A program made the position numbers and the translations under genes. A DNA stretch of 64,000 nucleotides. Source: Lingula anatina (lineage: Eukaryota; Animalia; Brachiopoda). This document shows, one piece after another, positions 1 to 13,485 of this stretch. Each line of letters begins with the position of its first letter. Within the stretch, counting starts at the first letter, position 1. Location: assembly GCA_051362555.1 (NCBI GenBank), contig CM120647.1, positions 3,596,001-3,660,000 on the forward strand. Reading direction: 5' to 3'. The notes below the pieces were generated by a model. It was not told where the DNA came from and made no database searches. It was given only the letters and a program-made list of their open reading frames with translations.

Positions 1-1029
1 CTGCATTAAAATTTTTCGCATCATTGCTATTTCTCATAACATGACATAAAATAAAAAAAATCTGAGAAGCAAATTGTATCAGGCACTTTGTTTATAATTG
101 CAAAATGATAAATATTGAAAAAAAAGTAATAACATTGGTATATATTATTTGAGGTATTCAGAGGTTCCCCATGAGTTTTGTTTATTAAAAAAAAATTTGA
201 ACATCATACACTATTACAGGTAAAAAAAAAAAATCAGCCACTTTCGTGACTCACAACATTTGTACCTACTGTCATAAATAATATGCCATCTTTGCACTTG
301 TACATTTCCATGAAATGTTTTGATGCTGGGGTAGAGCTAGCAATTTTTCACTCAGCTTAATCACTGCCTTTTACTCCAGATGGTTTAAATATGACTAAAA
401 CATGGCCATTACGTGGTATTTGGTCTGCAGACCTTAAAATTTCAAAATAAATAAATAAGTAGAATATTTAATAATAATAATACTTACAAAACTTATTAAT
501 TTTGAAACTAGACATCACTAGACACCAGAATCCAAAAGAAATTGTAGGTTTTGATGATTAATTGTGACTTTATTCACACTTTTATCTGGAATAATGGGTT
601 TAATATTGTAATGTCCTTCCAAAACAGTTTATTAATTTTGATTTAATAACCCTCTGAAATGTTATTAGTCAAAATTTTTATATGTTGTTGACACACATCA
701 TGTTTGAGGAGAATATGAAGTAAAAAGTTTTTATCTTTCGTAATTACTGAGAAAACTTCAAACAACAGGTACCAAAATTATCTGTGAGGGACATATATGC
801 CACAGTATTAGCTAAAATCTACTAAGAAATGACACCTAAGAGAAAGCAGGTGTTTAATGAACAAGCTGACTCCCCAAATTATGCAAATAAATACATAATT
901 ATTAAACATAGCAAATAATTTTACTTTTCAAATATATTGAGTTTATTAAAAGGAGACTCTATGACAATAATCTGGAAAGAAAGGAAAGAACGAACAAGCT
1001 CTCAGAGGAAACTGGCCAACATTCAAAAC

Positions 1030-2270
1030 TTTTACCTATGGGATGATGTCAGCAGAATGTGCCCAGGAAAGGATTGTATCACTGTGAAACTGCCGTATGG
1101 AAAAGTAAGAAAGCAGAAAAGAATAATGATTATGAACATCATGAAGCCCATGACATCTACCCTAGCTAACACCCAGATCATCCAGTGGGGAAGTCCAAAT
1201 TTTCAGAGCCAAGACCACCATGTATTCTCCCACTGACTGAAAATGATCATGAAGCGTGTGCGTGCAAATGTCAAGAAAATGCTTCCCTTCTCATCACTGC
1301 CATTCACCGCGCTGTACCATCATTTCCCTTCAAGTGTGAGGATGTTCTTTCTCATACGCTTTGGAAGACATCAACACAACAGTGTCGTCAAGCAACTATC
1401 ACTTGTGTTGTGTAGAGCTGTTAGATGACTTTTTTGAGGAAGCAGACTTATCACGAGAAATTCTCTACTATCAGTGGAGAACAACCACTGGAAAGGTGCA
1501 GAGGACGCCCATCCAAGGTGATTTAGAATCAGCAAAATGTGAACTTTATCAGCAACTGCAACAACTCTCTGGCCATGAATACGATACAAAAAGGCAGCAA
1601 CTCAAGTGTACTCTGAAACCAGGACATATTATTCTTCATGAAGATTTTGCAGAAAATTATGCTATTTAGCAGCAAGGAGAAATAATGTCTGCAAATTGGT
1701 GCTTTGAGCAAGTAACTGTATTCACTGCCATTGTCTATTACAGACCAGATGACAACTCAAACCTCCAATTTCCTATAGGATCCTATAGGATTTTATAGGA
1801 TCCTATAGGACTTTTTATAGGATCCTATAGGATTTTATAGGATCCTATAGGACTTTTTCGTTAGGGAGATCCTACACTATAGTTTCAGATGAGCTCAGAC
1901 ATGACAAACAGTGTTTAAGCTTTAATAAGAGCATCATAGATGACATTACTATTAGTAGAAAACTGCCTTGGGAAATTAAACACGTGCACTGTGCAGGTTC
2001 ACAGTGTAAAAACAAAAACAATTTCAGCAACCTTCTTTTTCATGAGGAGAATTTTAGTTGTTCATGTGACTGGAGTTTTTTTGCAACTGCACACGGGAAG
2101 GGAGCAATAGATGGGATTGGAGGAGAGGTGAAGAGGAGCGTGTGGAGAGAAATACTTATAGGAGAGGCAGCTGTTAACTATGCACAAAAATTCTACTATG
2201 TGGCTATGAAAAAAAAACAGTGACTGTCCTCTTTGTGTGCGAAGAGGAAATTTCAAGGAAAACAATGCAC
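1030..2270 (+). mobile_element. Decayed DDE DNA-transposase remnant (Sola2-like), with frameshifts and stops, in an intron of the enoyl-CoA hydratase gene
   Basis: Consecutive + strand ORF fragments give SRMCPGKDCI..QKRIM, ACACKCQEN, YYQW, LHEDFAENY, SD..HDK, SQCKNK and FFATAHGKGAIDGIGGEVKR. This is the motif order of the DF[AS]ENY...HGKG..DG.GG.VKR transposase group. Assignment to Sola2 is from recall, not a search. Confidence 0.7.
1771..1866. repeat. Tandem array of palindromic TCCTATAGGA units ending in TTTTCGTTAGGG (probable half of a small foldback element) inserted in the transposase remnant
   Basis: About 9 copies of (T/C)CTATAGGA or TTTATAGGA. The transposase reading (..DDNSNLQ / RSYTIVSDELRHDK) resumes directly after it. 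Confidence 0.75.
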
Positions 2271-2399
2271 TTTTAAAAAGAATTTTCTTTAGCCGTTTGA
2301 AGTCAAATTAAGTATTTGGCATGTTGTGCCTTGCCCTAGTAATTGGGTGAAAGAGAAAAGATACTGAAATATTAATGAATTGTTATTCCTTTTTTCCAG

Positions 2400-5340
2400 G
2401 CTCTAATTTCATAGAGACAGAGAGACGAGGTCCAGTGGTCATTATTCACCTCAATCGGCCAGAAAAGCGAAATGCCGTCAATGCCAAAATGGCAAGTCAG
2501 CTGACCAGAGCAATGGATGCATTCCTGAATGATGACAGCGCTCGTGTGGCTGTTCTTCATGGCCGTGGTAGGAAGTTCATAAAATTATTTTTCTTTTATA
2601 TGTTATTTTTTCAAATTTTGAAAGTTGGCAACTCTCTTACTCTCTCCTGCAATATTAAAAAAATATTAAAGAATGATATAAAAATAGGTATACATGTGGA
2701 AATCAGTGATAAAGAAATCCAAAGAGAGTTGGATTGCCCATGTTTCAAAATATCTGTGCTCTCTTATTGAAAAACATTGCATGCATTAAGAGTTTGGTTT
2801 TCCATTCCCAGATGAAAATGTCTCTATAATCACTAAACTATATAGGATTGGCAGGATCTCTATGTTAACTGAAAGAAACTATTTTTATTTCATTTTATAG
2901 CAACTGTATGTGTCACATTGTTGGCAACCTTTGCCATTTTTCACTTTTTTAATGGATTCAATACTCTCATTTTTGTGAAAGATCTACATGTACGTCTACC
3001 ACTACTGAATCCTTGGTTACTGGAGATTAAAAATTGGTTTTAAAACCTTAGAAGAAATAATTTGAGCAAAAATAAATATTTTAATTAATTTAAAATTACA
3101 GGGCATTTTGTCAACCCTGTGCATAAAATACCATATTCTATTTCATTGACCAACTTTTAATTAAATTATGTTTGTATAAAATACCATTTCTGTTTCATTG
3201 GCCACCATATTTATGTCAAATGAAGTCATTGCCTCACAGTTTTGGTTTTCTGTCCTAGGTGGTCACTTCTGTGCTGGTGCAGACCTAGAGGAGGTGTCCC
3301 AGCGTGACCCCCAGCAGCTTTTACCTGACCCTGAGAGTAGAGGCACAGGACCCATGGTAACAGCATAGTAAACAAATTACTGTAAACAAAACCGCACCCA
3401 TGGTAACAATGCATATAGTATTGAAAATGTTGTTTACCTCCAGCAAATTAAATAATTATAATGACAAAAGTTTAAATTAATATGTTATGTTAGTACAGTA
3501 AGGGGACGTGATATTAGCTACTTGTTATGCTGTCTTCAGGGTCCAAGTCGTATGGTATTGACCAAGCCTGTGATAGCAGCCGTGGAAGGCTTTGCTGTGG
3601 CTGGAGGCATGGAGTTAGCCATGATGTGTGATCTCAGAATCGTGGACCATTCTGCTGTGTTTGGAGTCTATTGTAGACGATTTGGTAAGTCAAATGATCT
3701 ATGTGGTCAGTGAACTGCTAGTTTGTGTCACCAGTGTAAGTGCTGGCAGTACACATTGTTTTACTCCTGACCTGCCTCATACGGCTCTTCCAGCTAGAAT
3801 GAGGTTAATCTCCCTGGTGGGACAATACAGTACAGTGTAATTGTATTTTATGGCATAATTAGTATATGAATGTTAGTTCCATTTGACTGCATTTCATTCA
3901 TTTCTTGGTACTTGTCTTGGGTATTTTTGATGTACTGAAGACTTGATGTATGGCCATTTTATCACATAACTGCACCTGTTGTGGGTTTCTTTAGCCTATC
4001 TCTGTCCTTGTGTATGGAAATTTCAGGAGAAGGTTATAGCTGTTTTGTATTGCAGTGTTTTGTTATTTATTTTAGGTGTTCCACTGATAGATGGTGGCAC
4101 TGTGCGTCTTCCCCAGTTGGTCGGGTTCTCCAGAGCAATGGACCTCATCTTGACAGGGCGGCCATGTCCTGCGACAGAGGCGTACAACATAGGACTGGCC
4201 AACAGACTGGTACAGAATGGGAAAGGTGAGGATGAAAGAACACCATTTAGTTGTTATGGACATTTGTAGTTATGGTTTTTAAATTTGTAACCTGTAGTTT
4301 TGCTGTTTTTCTTCCCTTCCTCCTCTCTCTCTTTCTTTCTCTCTCACACACATTACACACATTCTCTCTCTCCCTGTTAATGAATTCAGATCTATTATGA
4401 TAGTATCACATCTGATATTTTTTGTTGAAGGAGCAACTATAACTGTAAAGTCTAGCATATTTATGACATTCATTTTAACCTGAAAATAAAGGAGTTTTCA
4501 AAAGATAAATTGACAATTGAATGGGTGAAACTGTATTTTTTACGAAACTTTTGATGAAATGACATCTGCGTTGTCATTTTTGGGTAATTTTTATGTGTCA
4601 GTCGGTCATGTTTCCATTCTATATTTTGTATTTATCAAACTGCTGGAATCAGTGTGTTTTTAAAATGGCTGTTGAAAACGGAATAGTTTTATATAACTGT
4701 AAAAGTTGTAAACTGGAGTACTGCCATCTGGTTCAGTTATTAACGTTGTGCCTTTTTCCCCTAGCTCTGGAAGCTGCCGTAGATCTTGCTCAGCAGATAG
4801 CGGGTTACCCCCAGGAGTGCATGATAGCAGACAGACAGTCTGCACACCATGCGACATTCGATGCCAAGAGGTTCTTCGATGCGGTGCAGTTTGAGTATTA
4901 CAACGGGAGTGGGGTTATCAACCATGAGGCAATAAAAGGTATGTTCATTTCTCTGTTAATTTGGACAAGTAAAATAGAAATGCATGGAAAACAAATTGGG
5001 TTAAAGGGATGTTGACATTGAAGATGGGATGACCATCCTAATTTTCGACTTTCTCTATAGGCTGTTTGATTACACTTGGAAATGTAGACTTTTAGATATG
5101 TACACACGCATTTGATTACACTTAGAAATGTAGACTATTAAATTGAACAACACACTTGCACACACACATACACACACACACTCGCACACACACATACAGA
5201 GAGAGAGACTTACATAATTGCAGTTGAAAATGATTTCATTTCACTCTGTAGGTGCTCAAAGGTTTATGGAAGGAGCAGGAAAACATGGAAGTTTTGAAAA
5301 TTTAAATGATTCCTACAAAAAGAAGATGTCCAAGTTATAG
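2400..5340 (+). CDS. Enoyl-CoA hydratase/isomerase (crotonase family, PRK08259/echA5-like), 5'-incomplete; exons 2400-2567, 3259-3356, 3540-3684, 4076-4225, 4765-4938, 5252-5340
   Basis: All six exons have AG/GT boundaries with consistent phases. The spliced peptide contains [75 protein letters not shown] and [13 protein letters not shown], and ends KKKMSKL-stop (TAG 5338-5340). The start exon is presumably upstream of the window. Confidence 0.93.
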
Positions 5341-5600
5341 CTGTAGAAGAAATTGTGGTAGCTGAGACAGTCATGATTGTGCCAGATGAGATGGTTGTGA
5401 TTGTGAAGGAAGTGACTGTTGATTTTCATGGACAGGGATATTTCTGCACTCAAATCTCAGGAAAGACATATATGAGATGCTTATCATTTTTTTTTTTTCA
5501 TTCGAAGAAATTTATTTTCTCTTAAAAAAAGACTGAATGAATGATTAAGACACTTGCACTTATTTCAGTATTAGAATATTGATTTGAGTACTATAACTTA

Positions 5601-5826
5601 GGGTGCTTTCCCAGAGATTTAGATCGATCTAAAGATTAAGATTTAGATTGACCTAACTCCCTGGGAGTTCACGCTAAATTGCAGTCAGCCGAGCGGGCAC
5701 CATAGTTAATTACCCCCTTACAGCTTTTAGTAGGCGGGACAGACACATAAGCCGGCCAAGCTGACAGTAATCTAGTGAGACTCCCTACCGGGATAGATCG
5801 ATCTAAAAATCTATGGAAATGGGGTG
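5601..5826. mobile_element. PIF/Harbinger-type MITE, family A copy 1 (probably in the 3' UTR of the hydratase gene)
   Basis: TTA target-site duplication (5598-5600 / 5827-5829) and subterminal inverted TAGATCGATCTA. Related copies lie at 25855-26583 and 45213-45362. Confidence 0.75.
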
Positions 5827-7004
5827 TTATACTGGTATACTGAAAATAAGTTGAAAACTGTTTTTTCCAGATGCACTATGCAAGTAACACTTAAAGACAG
5901 TGAAATATAATTGGGTGTGGAGGAAAGCTTTAAGTTATATATGGAGTGAGCAAAGATTTCCTGTAACGCACAAGAATCACTCCTATTTACCTCTAATACG
6001 ACTCAAATAAAGTGTACATGTAACAAGATAAACCAAAATAATTACTTGATCAGCAAGAAAATAACTAAAAATAAAACAAAAAACTGCACCATCTTTAGAT
6101 TTCTGGACAGGGACTTGACCTATTAATCTTTTCTACTAGTTCATCAAAGTCTGCCAAATCAGAAATGAAGCAGTAATATAAGAGGCATAACTGCTGCTCA
6201 CTCAAAAACAAATATTCAAATGAAAGGTGGAAATGACCAAGGGTTATATATTGCACAGAAGAAAAAGCGAAATGTCAGTTCAAATATTGTTATTCGGGGA
6301 GTTTGAGATGATGCCTTTTGGTATATCTTCAAGTTCTGCTATTTGAAACTATATGATGGCATTTGGTATGGTTCAGTGGAAAAGATTTAACTTTATATGT
6401 AACTTTAAAAGCTGAAAATATTAGCTCAGAGATAATCTAAAGTAAAATAATGTTGAATTATGAGAACTCCAAAATGTGCCAGTCTGTTCTTTGGTTCAGG
6501 GATCCTTAAAGAGGCATCTTCCCTCGAAGTACACTGTTCACAGAATGTTAGAAGTGAGAAATTTCTGTTGTTCTTTCTAAAGCATTTCTCATCTTCCCTT
6601 TGATGTTAACTTAAAATTGATTAGGAAGTAAAGTTTACTAACTTGATTTTATATAACCAGTATTGTTTGATTTTATAGAACTAATATTGTTCAGTGGGGG
6701 CTGTGGTAAAGCAACAAAATATTTTAGAAGAACTCAGATGTTTTTAGCATATGGTGATATTTTGAAATGATGATATATATAAGTATAGTACATTTGAGTG
6801 ATTATATATAATATATATAAGAAGATGATGAGGAGATATATCACAGTTGACCAGAGCAATCAGTGGAGGCAGGCCTAGCATTTACACTGCATATCCCTGA
6901 AATGTGAGATCTCTACTTTAAAACGTGGTTGGAAAATTAAAAAGCACTGACCTTGTGGTCTTTAGTCTCTCTGAAATGGGCAGAGGATAACATACATGAA
7001 ATAA

Positions 7005-9221
7005 TTATCATTGTACCACCAGCGTAGGCGCTGGCGGTACACATGGTTTTAGTCCCGACCCGTATGTTCCGCCGGCTCCTGCGGCTCCGCCGGCTCCTGC
7101 GGCTCCGCCGCCAAGTCACCGTTACCGCTTCTCCTCCTAGACGGTAAGGGCCTCCATACCCATCTCTTGGATTTAGGTCACCTATAATCTCAACTCGTTC
7201 CACGTAAAATTTGGGCTTTGTTGGTATTGGGGTCTAGGTGTGGCACTCATTGCAATGCACCCTTGTCCAAAAATGGCAAAATTAAATGCTAATTATCTCC
7301 CCTACGGAAGGAATTATGGGAAAAATTTCTACAGACAGCTTTCCAAAAGTCATATGTGTAGATTTCATATATGCCCTTGGATTTGACCTTTGACCTTTAT
7401 TTCAAGGTCAAACAGGCCAAAATTTTCAAAAAAACAAAATTTTTGCCGAAAAAAAAATTATTTGCGGCCTTATTCAGATACCACACAGACTTAACTAATA
7501 ATATTAATGGAAATTGTTACCCTTTGGGTCATCTTTCATCTCCGTGAATTTGGGGTCAATCGGTGCATTTTCACGGGAGTAGCGGCCATAAGATATCGAA
7601 ACTTAAAACTGTCTCTAATTTTGGAACCGTTAATGCTAGACACCCATTCTTTTTTGCATTTTGTAGAGCATGTAAAGCCCAACACTGGAGGTGGTCTCCG
7701 TTTTTTTGTATTCCATACCGTTTTCGAGTTACGCTGTATCAAAAAGTACATATTGGTGGTGAAAGCAAAATGTGCAGTACGGTAATGGATAATAAATTTT
7801 GAACTCCGGAAAAATAAAACATAAGGCTTGGCAAAGCAGACAACTTGTGGTCAAAAATGACATTATTTCATCAAATTTGAACATCTGGAACTTCAGAGCA
7901 CCTCCCATTTCAAGAATTTTGACCAAAATGACCTTTTCTTTATTTTAATTAATTTTTTCTGTAGGAAATTTATGGCACATTATGGTAACTCCAAAATTAT
8001 AACATTTAGTCCCTTATATCTCCAAAACTGGCAGAGATAGGTCCATAGTTACTATTGAAGTTGAATAGGAAGTCATATACTGGCAATCTAAATGTGACCT
8101 TAAAATTGACCTTTGACCTACTTTTCACCATGAACTGAACTTTGCAAATTTTGCTTCCCTTTTATCTCCAAAACTGGCAGAGAAAGGTCCATAGTTTCTA
8201 TTGAACTTGAATAGGAAGTCATATACTGGCAATCTAAATGTGACCTTAAAATTGACCTTTGACCTACTTTTCACCATGAACTGAACTTTGCAAATTTTGC
8301 TTCCCTTTTATCTCCAAAACTGGCAGAGATAGGTCCATAGTTACTATTGAAGTTGAATAGGAAGTCATATACTGGCAATCTAAATGTGACCTTAAAATTG
8401 ACCTTTGACCTACTTTTCACCATGAATTGAACTTTACAAATTTTGCTTCCCTTTTATCTCCAAAACTGGCAGAGATAGGTCCATAGTTACTATTGAAGTT
8501 GAATAGGAAGTCATATACTGGCAATCTAAATGTGACCTTAAAATTGACCTTTGACCTACTTTTCACCATGAACTGAACTTTGCAAATTTTGCTTCCCTTT
8601 TATCTCCAAAACTGGCAGAGATAGGTCCATAGTCTCTATTGAAGATGAATAGGAAGTCATATACTGGCAATCTAAATGTGACCTTAAAATTGACCTTTGA
8701 CCTACTTTTCACCATGAACTGAACTTTGCATATTTTGCTTCTCCTTTATCTCCAAAACTGGCAGAGATAGGTCCATAGGTCCATAGTTACTATTGAACGT
8801 GAATAGGAAGTCATATACTGGCAATCTAAGTGTGACCTTGAAATTGACCTTTGACCCACTTATTATCATGAACTGAACTCTGCTAATTTCTTTTTCTTTT
8901 AACTCCAAACCTGGCAGAGATAGGCCCATAGTTACTATTGAACTAGAATAGGAAGTCATATACTGGCAATTTACTGTGACCTTGGAATTGACCTTTGACC
9001 TACCTTACGATGAACTTAACTTTGATTGTACCATTTTTAGTTATATATATATTTTTTGCATATTTTGAAAATTCTTGTTGACTGAATTTTTACAGCTTGG
9101 CAAGCACAAGACTGGTGGCTGTGTTCCTTATTTTGTATATGTGGGGGGTCTATACGAATGCGCTTGCTCCAGCTGGTGGTACAATATTCGGAGGCGGTAT
9201 CGCCTCTCTGATCCTCTAGTT
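7005..9221 (+). mobile_element. Non-autonomous Helentron/DINE-like (HINE) element carrying an internal satellite
   Basis: Subterminal inverted repeats ATTGTACCACCAGC (7010-7023) / GCTGGTGGTACAAT (9172-9185). Nearby 5' IR partner GCTGGCGGTACA, a short GC-rich tandem after it, a 3' hairpin GAGGCG-gtat-CGCCTC (9191-9206) and a CTAGTT end. Confidence 0.8.
8017..9025. repeat. Tandem array of about 7 x 146-bp units inside the Helentron-like element
   Basis: TATCTCCAAAACTGGCAGAGA recurs at 8017, 8163, 8309, 8455, 8601 and 8747, with a diverged copy at about 8901 (unit 6 has an 8-bp duplication). Confidence 0.95.
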
Positions 9222-9442
9222 GTTAAGTGATAACTACATATTCTAATTGTAACCTGGAAAAAGTTAACTACCTCTTCAGGCTCTTTCCCAAACTTTCAGT
9301 CTATATGTAGATTGATCCAACTCAACAGGGAAACTTGCTAAATGCAATCAGATGAAGAGATTAACCCCCTTTGTTCTAGCTTCAAGTAGAATTTAGAAAA
9401 GGTGGTGATTATACGAGTATATTGTAAACCAGAGGCATATTA

Positions 9443-9611
9443 CAGGGGCGGATTTAGGGCGTCTTCTGGGTCTTCCGGAAGACGGTCAGATTTTCAAGTT
9501 TACATTGACAGGTATCTATTTTTTTTCTGTCAGAAGACGGTCAAAAATGGAGGATGGATCAACAAAGATAAATTGGAAGACTGTCAGAAAATAACTCTGG
9601 ATCCGCGCCTG
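9443..9611. mobile_element. CAGG...CCTG-ended MITE with 5-bp TSD
   Basis: CAGGGGCGGATTTAG ... CTGGATCCGCGCCTG termini, flanked on both sides by TATTA. Confidence 0.7.
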
Positions 9612-11648
9612 TATTAATCTGTTAATATGGCATGTCAGTATGGTACAGCATCATTTTGAATTGCTATTGGCCTTTTATTATTGATTATTGTTTCAAATAA
9701 GGGGACCTTAGAATTTGAGATTCTGCATTTATTAATTTTTAATTATTTTTTATCAGCAGATTGTTGAAGATAAATAAGATTTTCAGATTTACAAAGAAAT
9801 AATTACAAATTTTGTTACTAAATCCTAAAAAATAATTGCCTTGTTTTAGATATGTTATTATTTTTAAAGCAAAACCTGGCTGCTTTGAGTAAGCTACAGT
9901 ATTGCTGCACATTGTTATTTCCATAACAAAAAATAAAATCATTTCTTTTGTTTAAAACAATATATTTCTGTTTTTACTCATTTTGATATCACTCAATGAA
10001 CTGTTTAAAACTCTTTTCATGTGTTGATGATATGTAACAATGAAAATGAAGTTAATATTATCTTTAATAGATTAACAGGTATTTTTTATCTTAATAAGTC
10101 TTAACTTATAATCATTTTTCCTTCAATTACCAAGTATTCCCTCCAAATTAAAAAAAAACCACTGAAAATGAAAATGTATTAAAAAATTAATTTAGTTATC
10201 AACATCTACATTGTGACTGTTTGAAAAGAAACACAGCACATGAAATCCTCTTGAATAACAATTTAGTTGCAATTCCAATCAACTTTAAACCACTTTCAGG
10301 CCAAGAGATGTACATTCCTTCAACACAAGTATTATACTAGCACCCATTTTACTTTACCAGTTTAAAATCTATTAAATGTGTGAAATGCCCGTGGAAACAG
10401 CACATCGCCAACCTTCATGTACCGAAAACTTGCACCAAATCTAACCAAGGCGATCAAGACAAGCAAATAGGACTTTTTTCCTTTTCAAGCCAAGATAAGA
10501 CCTCCATCAAATAAAAATAAAATTAAAAACAATATTGTAGAAATACAATGTGCAAGTGAAAATGAAGTTATTTTATTAAATAAATCCTGTTTGAGAGTGA
10601 CGCCATATAGTTGGCTGGGGTCTTGGTCAGTGCAAACACCGTTTTCTTTGGATGTCATTCATTTGTGAGTGTAGAAGTAGGTATAAGAAAATCAGACAAT
10701 TTGCTTTGGTTCACGTAACATTTTGTTCAATAGCTTTCAAAAGTGCAAGTTCAAATCATTTTCAGCTTTGTACTTTTACAGGCTAAATTTAATAATCTTA
10801 AATTTAAAATATTTATTAAAATATTTTAATCTACTTCTGATAACTTTCTCCTATTTCTGGAGAGTGATTTTTTTTTTTTTTGGTATTTTTTAAAAATGTC
10901 CCTAAATTCTAAAGCATGTAGCCTTTCCTGCTGACAACTTCGTTTGCAACGTCTCGTTACAGAGATAAATATCACTTCCGGCCAGTTTATAACTCAAGGC
11001 AATATAATATGCATACAAGAGAAAAATGCAGTATTTTTCTTGATTTTGAGTTGCGTACACATTTCCCGTTATCCTTGAAGCGCAGTGCCCCTTTATGCTA
11101 AAAAAACTTTGAAAGATCTGATCGACACGCGCTGTTTATTAATCACATCATTGTAAAATAAACTTTAATAACACAGACGTAAATCACGTTTCCACGCCCA
11201 AGTCATAAAATTGTTAAAAAGCGCTAATACCTGCTCTTGCCGAAAGTAGGTCAATTGCCTGTATAAAAATGCCATACGATTATCGATTTTTGTGTATGGA
11301 CGGTTTTTTTTTTTGGGGGGGGGGGAGCACGCAAGAGAAAAATTATCAAGATGCCAGTAAAATATTTGGGACTCTTGGAACCACTTCAAGCACAGTATAA
11401 TGGAACATTTTTAAAGGCTAAAACTAATCAACTTTGTCAGATTTTCAACTAAAACTTTGCAGACATTATGACAGAATCTATATTTCATCTGTCTCTCCCT
11501 AAAATGTTGCAGACCGCGTTAACCTGTTTCGCTGTGGAGAAATGAGGGATATGAACCAGCAAACGATAGGGTTGGGTGGATGAGGAGGGGGGGGGGGGAG
11601 AGAGAGCTTAATCCGTCACTTTTTCCTGTCACGTTAGATTAGAGCTGG

Positions 11649-11688
<40 letters not shown>

Positions 11689-12038
11689 GGGGGGGGGGGA
11701 GGGCGCCCATTTTTATGCCGCGTGAATATATACATATTGATACTGGAATAAGTAATAAAGTGTTAATACTCTAACAGAAGAAATAATTTTAAAAACACCA
11801 CAAGAAAGAAGTATTTCATTGAATGTTCCCTTGAATATATTCTTTTTATATATATTATACGAGTATTACTGCTAATTAACTGAAAAAGTTTAATCATAAC
11901 GAGGTAAATATCCAATCTTGAAGAAGGAATTCACCACCCCACCAAAACACTATCCTCGGCCCCTTTCTATATAAAAGATAGTGACTTTTTTATAAACCGC
12001 GTGCATACTCAAGAGTGTACAGTGTCATACACTGAAAA

Positions 12039-12227
12039 CGAGGTAACATGCTTATACGTCCCCGCACCGATACATCACCGCACCGATACTCCCCCACACC
12101 ATTGCTTCGATACTGAGGGGGATTATCGGTGCGGGGGAGTAACAGTGCGGGGGGGGGGGGGGGTATCGGTGCGGGGGAGTATCGGTGCGGGGGAGTAACG
12201 GTGCGGGGGAGTATCGACATGACCCCG
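12039..12227. mobile_element. Small foldback element built from inverted ~17-bp subrepeats
   Basis: Left arm repeats CCGCACCGATAC; right arm repeats GTATCGGTGCGGGGGA. Ends are imperfectly complementary (GAGGTAACATG / CATGACCCC). Confidence 0.65.
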
Positions 12228-13384
12228 AAAAGGTGAAGCCTTGCCCGGTATATGCATCGTGGATGTACCAGGAAGGCAGATGTACATGTTGTTGTAAATC
12301 ACAGGGCAGTAATTTAAGAAGGAAATTATGGGGTCCGCCATATAGATAAACGTCTCAATAAAATATTCGTCCCTATAGATACATATGTGACGGCACAAAT
12401 TGTCGCCCTGCACAAATTGTCGCCAGCTACAATAATGTATACAATAACTCGTGAGTGCAGAAAACCAATTTGTTCATTTCACCCGCAGTCTGTTGCTGGG
12501 GTTCACTCCCGTCAGCATTGTCTAGTGAAACACTGCATAGAAGATAGAACTATTCCAAATGCAGCACTTACTTGATCAAACTGTCCATAAGTTTTCCAAA
12601 CAAAATAATACTGATTGCCTCTTTCTTTTGGTTAATAATTGCATATGTAATTTGCTAGAAAACACGACCCAAAAATGTATCTGGTCCACTGAATAAACCC
12701 AAATAGCATAGAACAGCAGCGTGACCGCTTGCACTGCTGTGTTTGGTGAAATATACACGCACAGCCGACATCTGCCATTATGTCCACTTCATAGTCCTTT
12801 GCTTACGACCAGCCAAAGTTGCATTCTTGAATGGATAAATTGTCCATCTATCTCATCTTTTCCAACACAATTGTGATAAAAGTCGCATTTATAATTTCAG
12901 TAAAAAAGAAAGATTTTTGTTACTATAACAAACGACTGATGAATATCGTCAGACACGAGAGAATGGATCTCGAAATGGACGCTAGACCACCTGTGGCACT
13001 CACAGCGTTTATTCCGAGAGGCATTTTCTCATGACTACAGGGATATATCGGATATATATCAAGCAAACCTCAGAGCATCTTCCTGTCAGTCACTCCTGAG
13101 CACCACTAGAAAGCACAATGGTCTGTAACTTCGTGTAATCTTCTTGTATTCCTGCGGGTATAAACTACTATAAAACTATTATTTCCACGTTACCTCCTTG
13201 AGCGGTTTGGGAGCTATTGTGTAACTTTCTGTACATATCGTATTTTAAGATACTTTATAGTACGTTCGGGGCATCTTCGTACGAAATTCCGTATTTGTAT
13301 AGGTATCTGCTGTCAATTTTGGGAGTATGACTCCACCCAAACTCTTGCTACTGTTGCTAGATCGTAACAGAGACATAGACAGAA

Positions 13385-13485
13385 ACAAAGCCTGTTTTAA
13401 ATAAAATCTCAAACTGGGTGTTTTTACCTCAGCGGGTAACTTGTGCACTCGCTCTGTTATCACACTGAGCGGTAGATACATGAAA
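13385..13485 (-). repeat. Dispersed repeat (possible old SINE head); inverted partner at about 23265-23365
   Basis: The - strand reads TGTATCTACCGCTCAGTGTGAT...GTTACCCGCTGAGGTAAAAAACACCCAGTTTGAGAT, matching + strand TGTATCAACCTCTCAGCGTGAT...GTTACCCGCTGAAGTGAAAACCCCCAACAAGTTTGAGAT at about 23268. Confidence 0.6.

Noticed and set aside
2400-5340. Recent horizontal transfer or bacterial contamination for the PRK08259-like hydratase
   Set aside because: It has at least six spliceosomal introns and a PTS1, so it is a long-established eukaryotic gene.
6937-7203. RS-rich ORF (RRSRRSRRS)
   Set aside because: It is the translation of the short tandem at the 5' end of the Helentron-like element.
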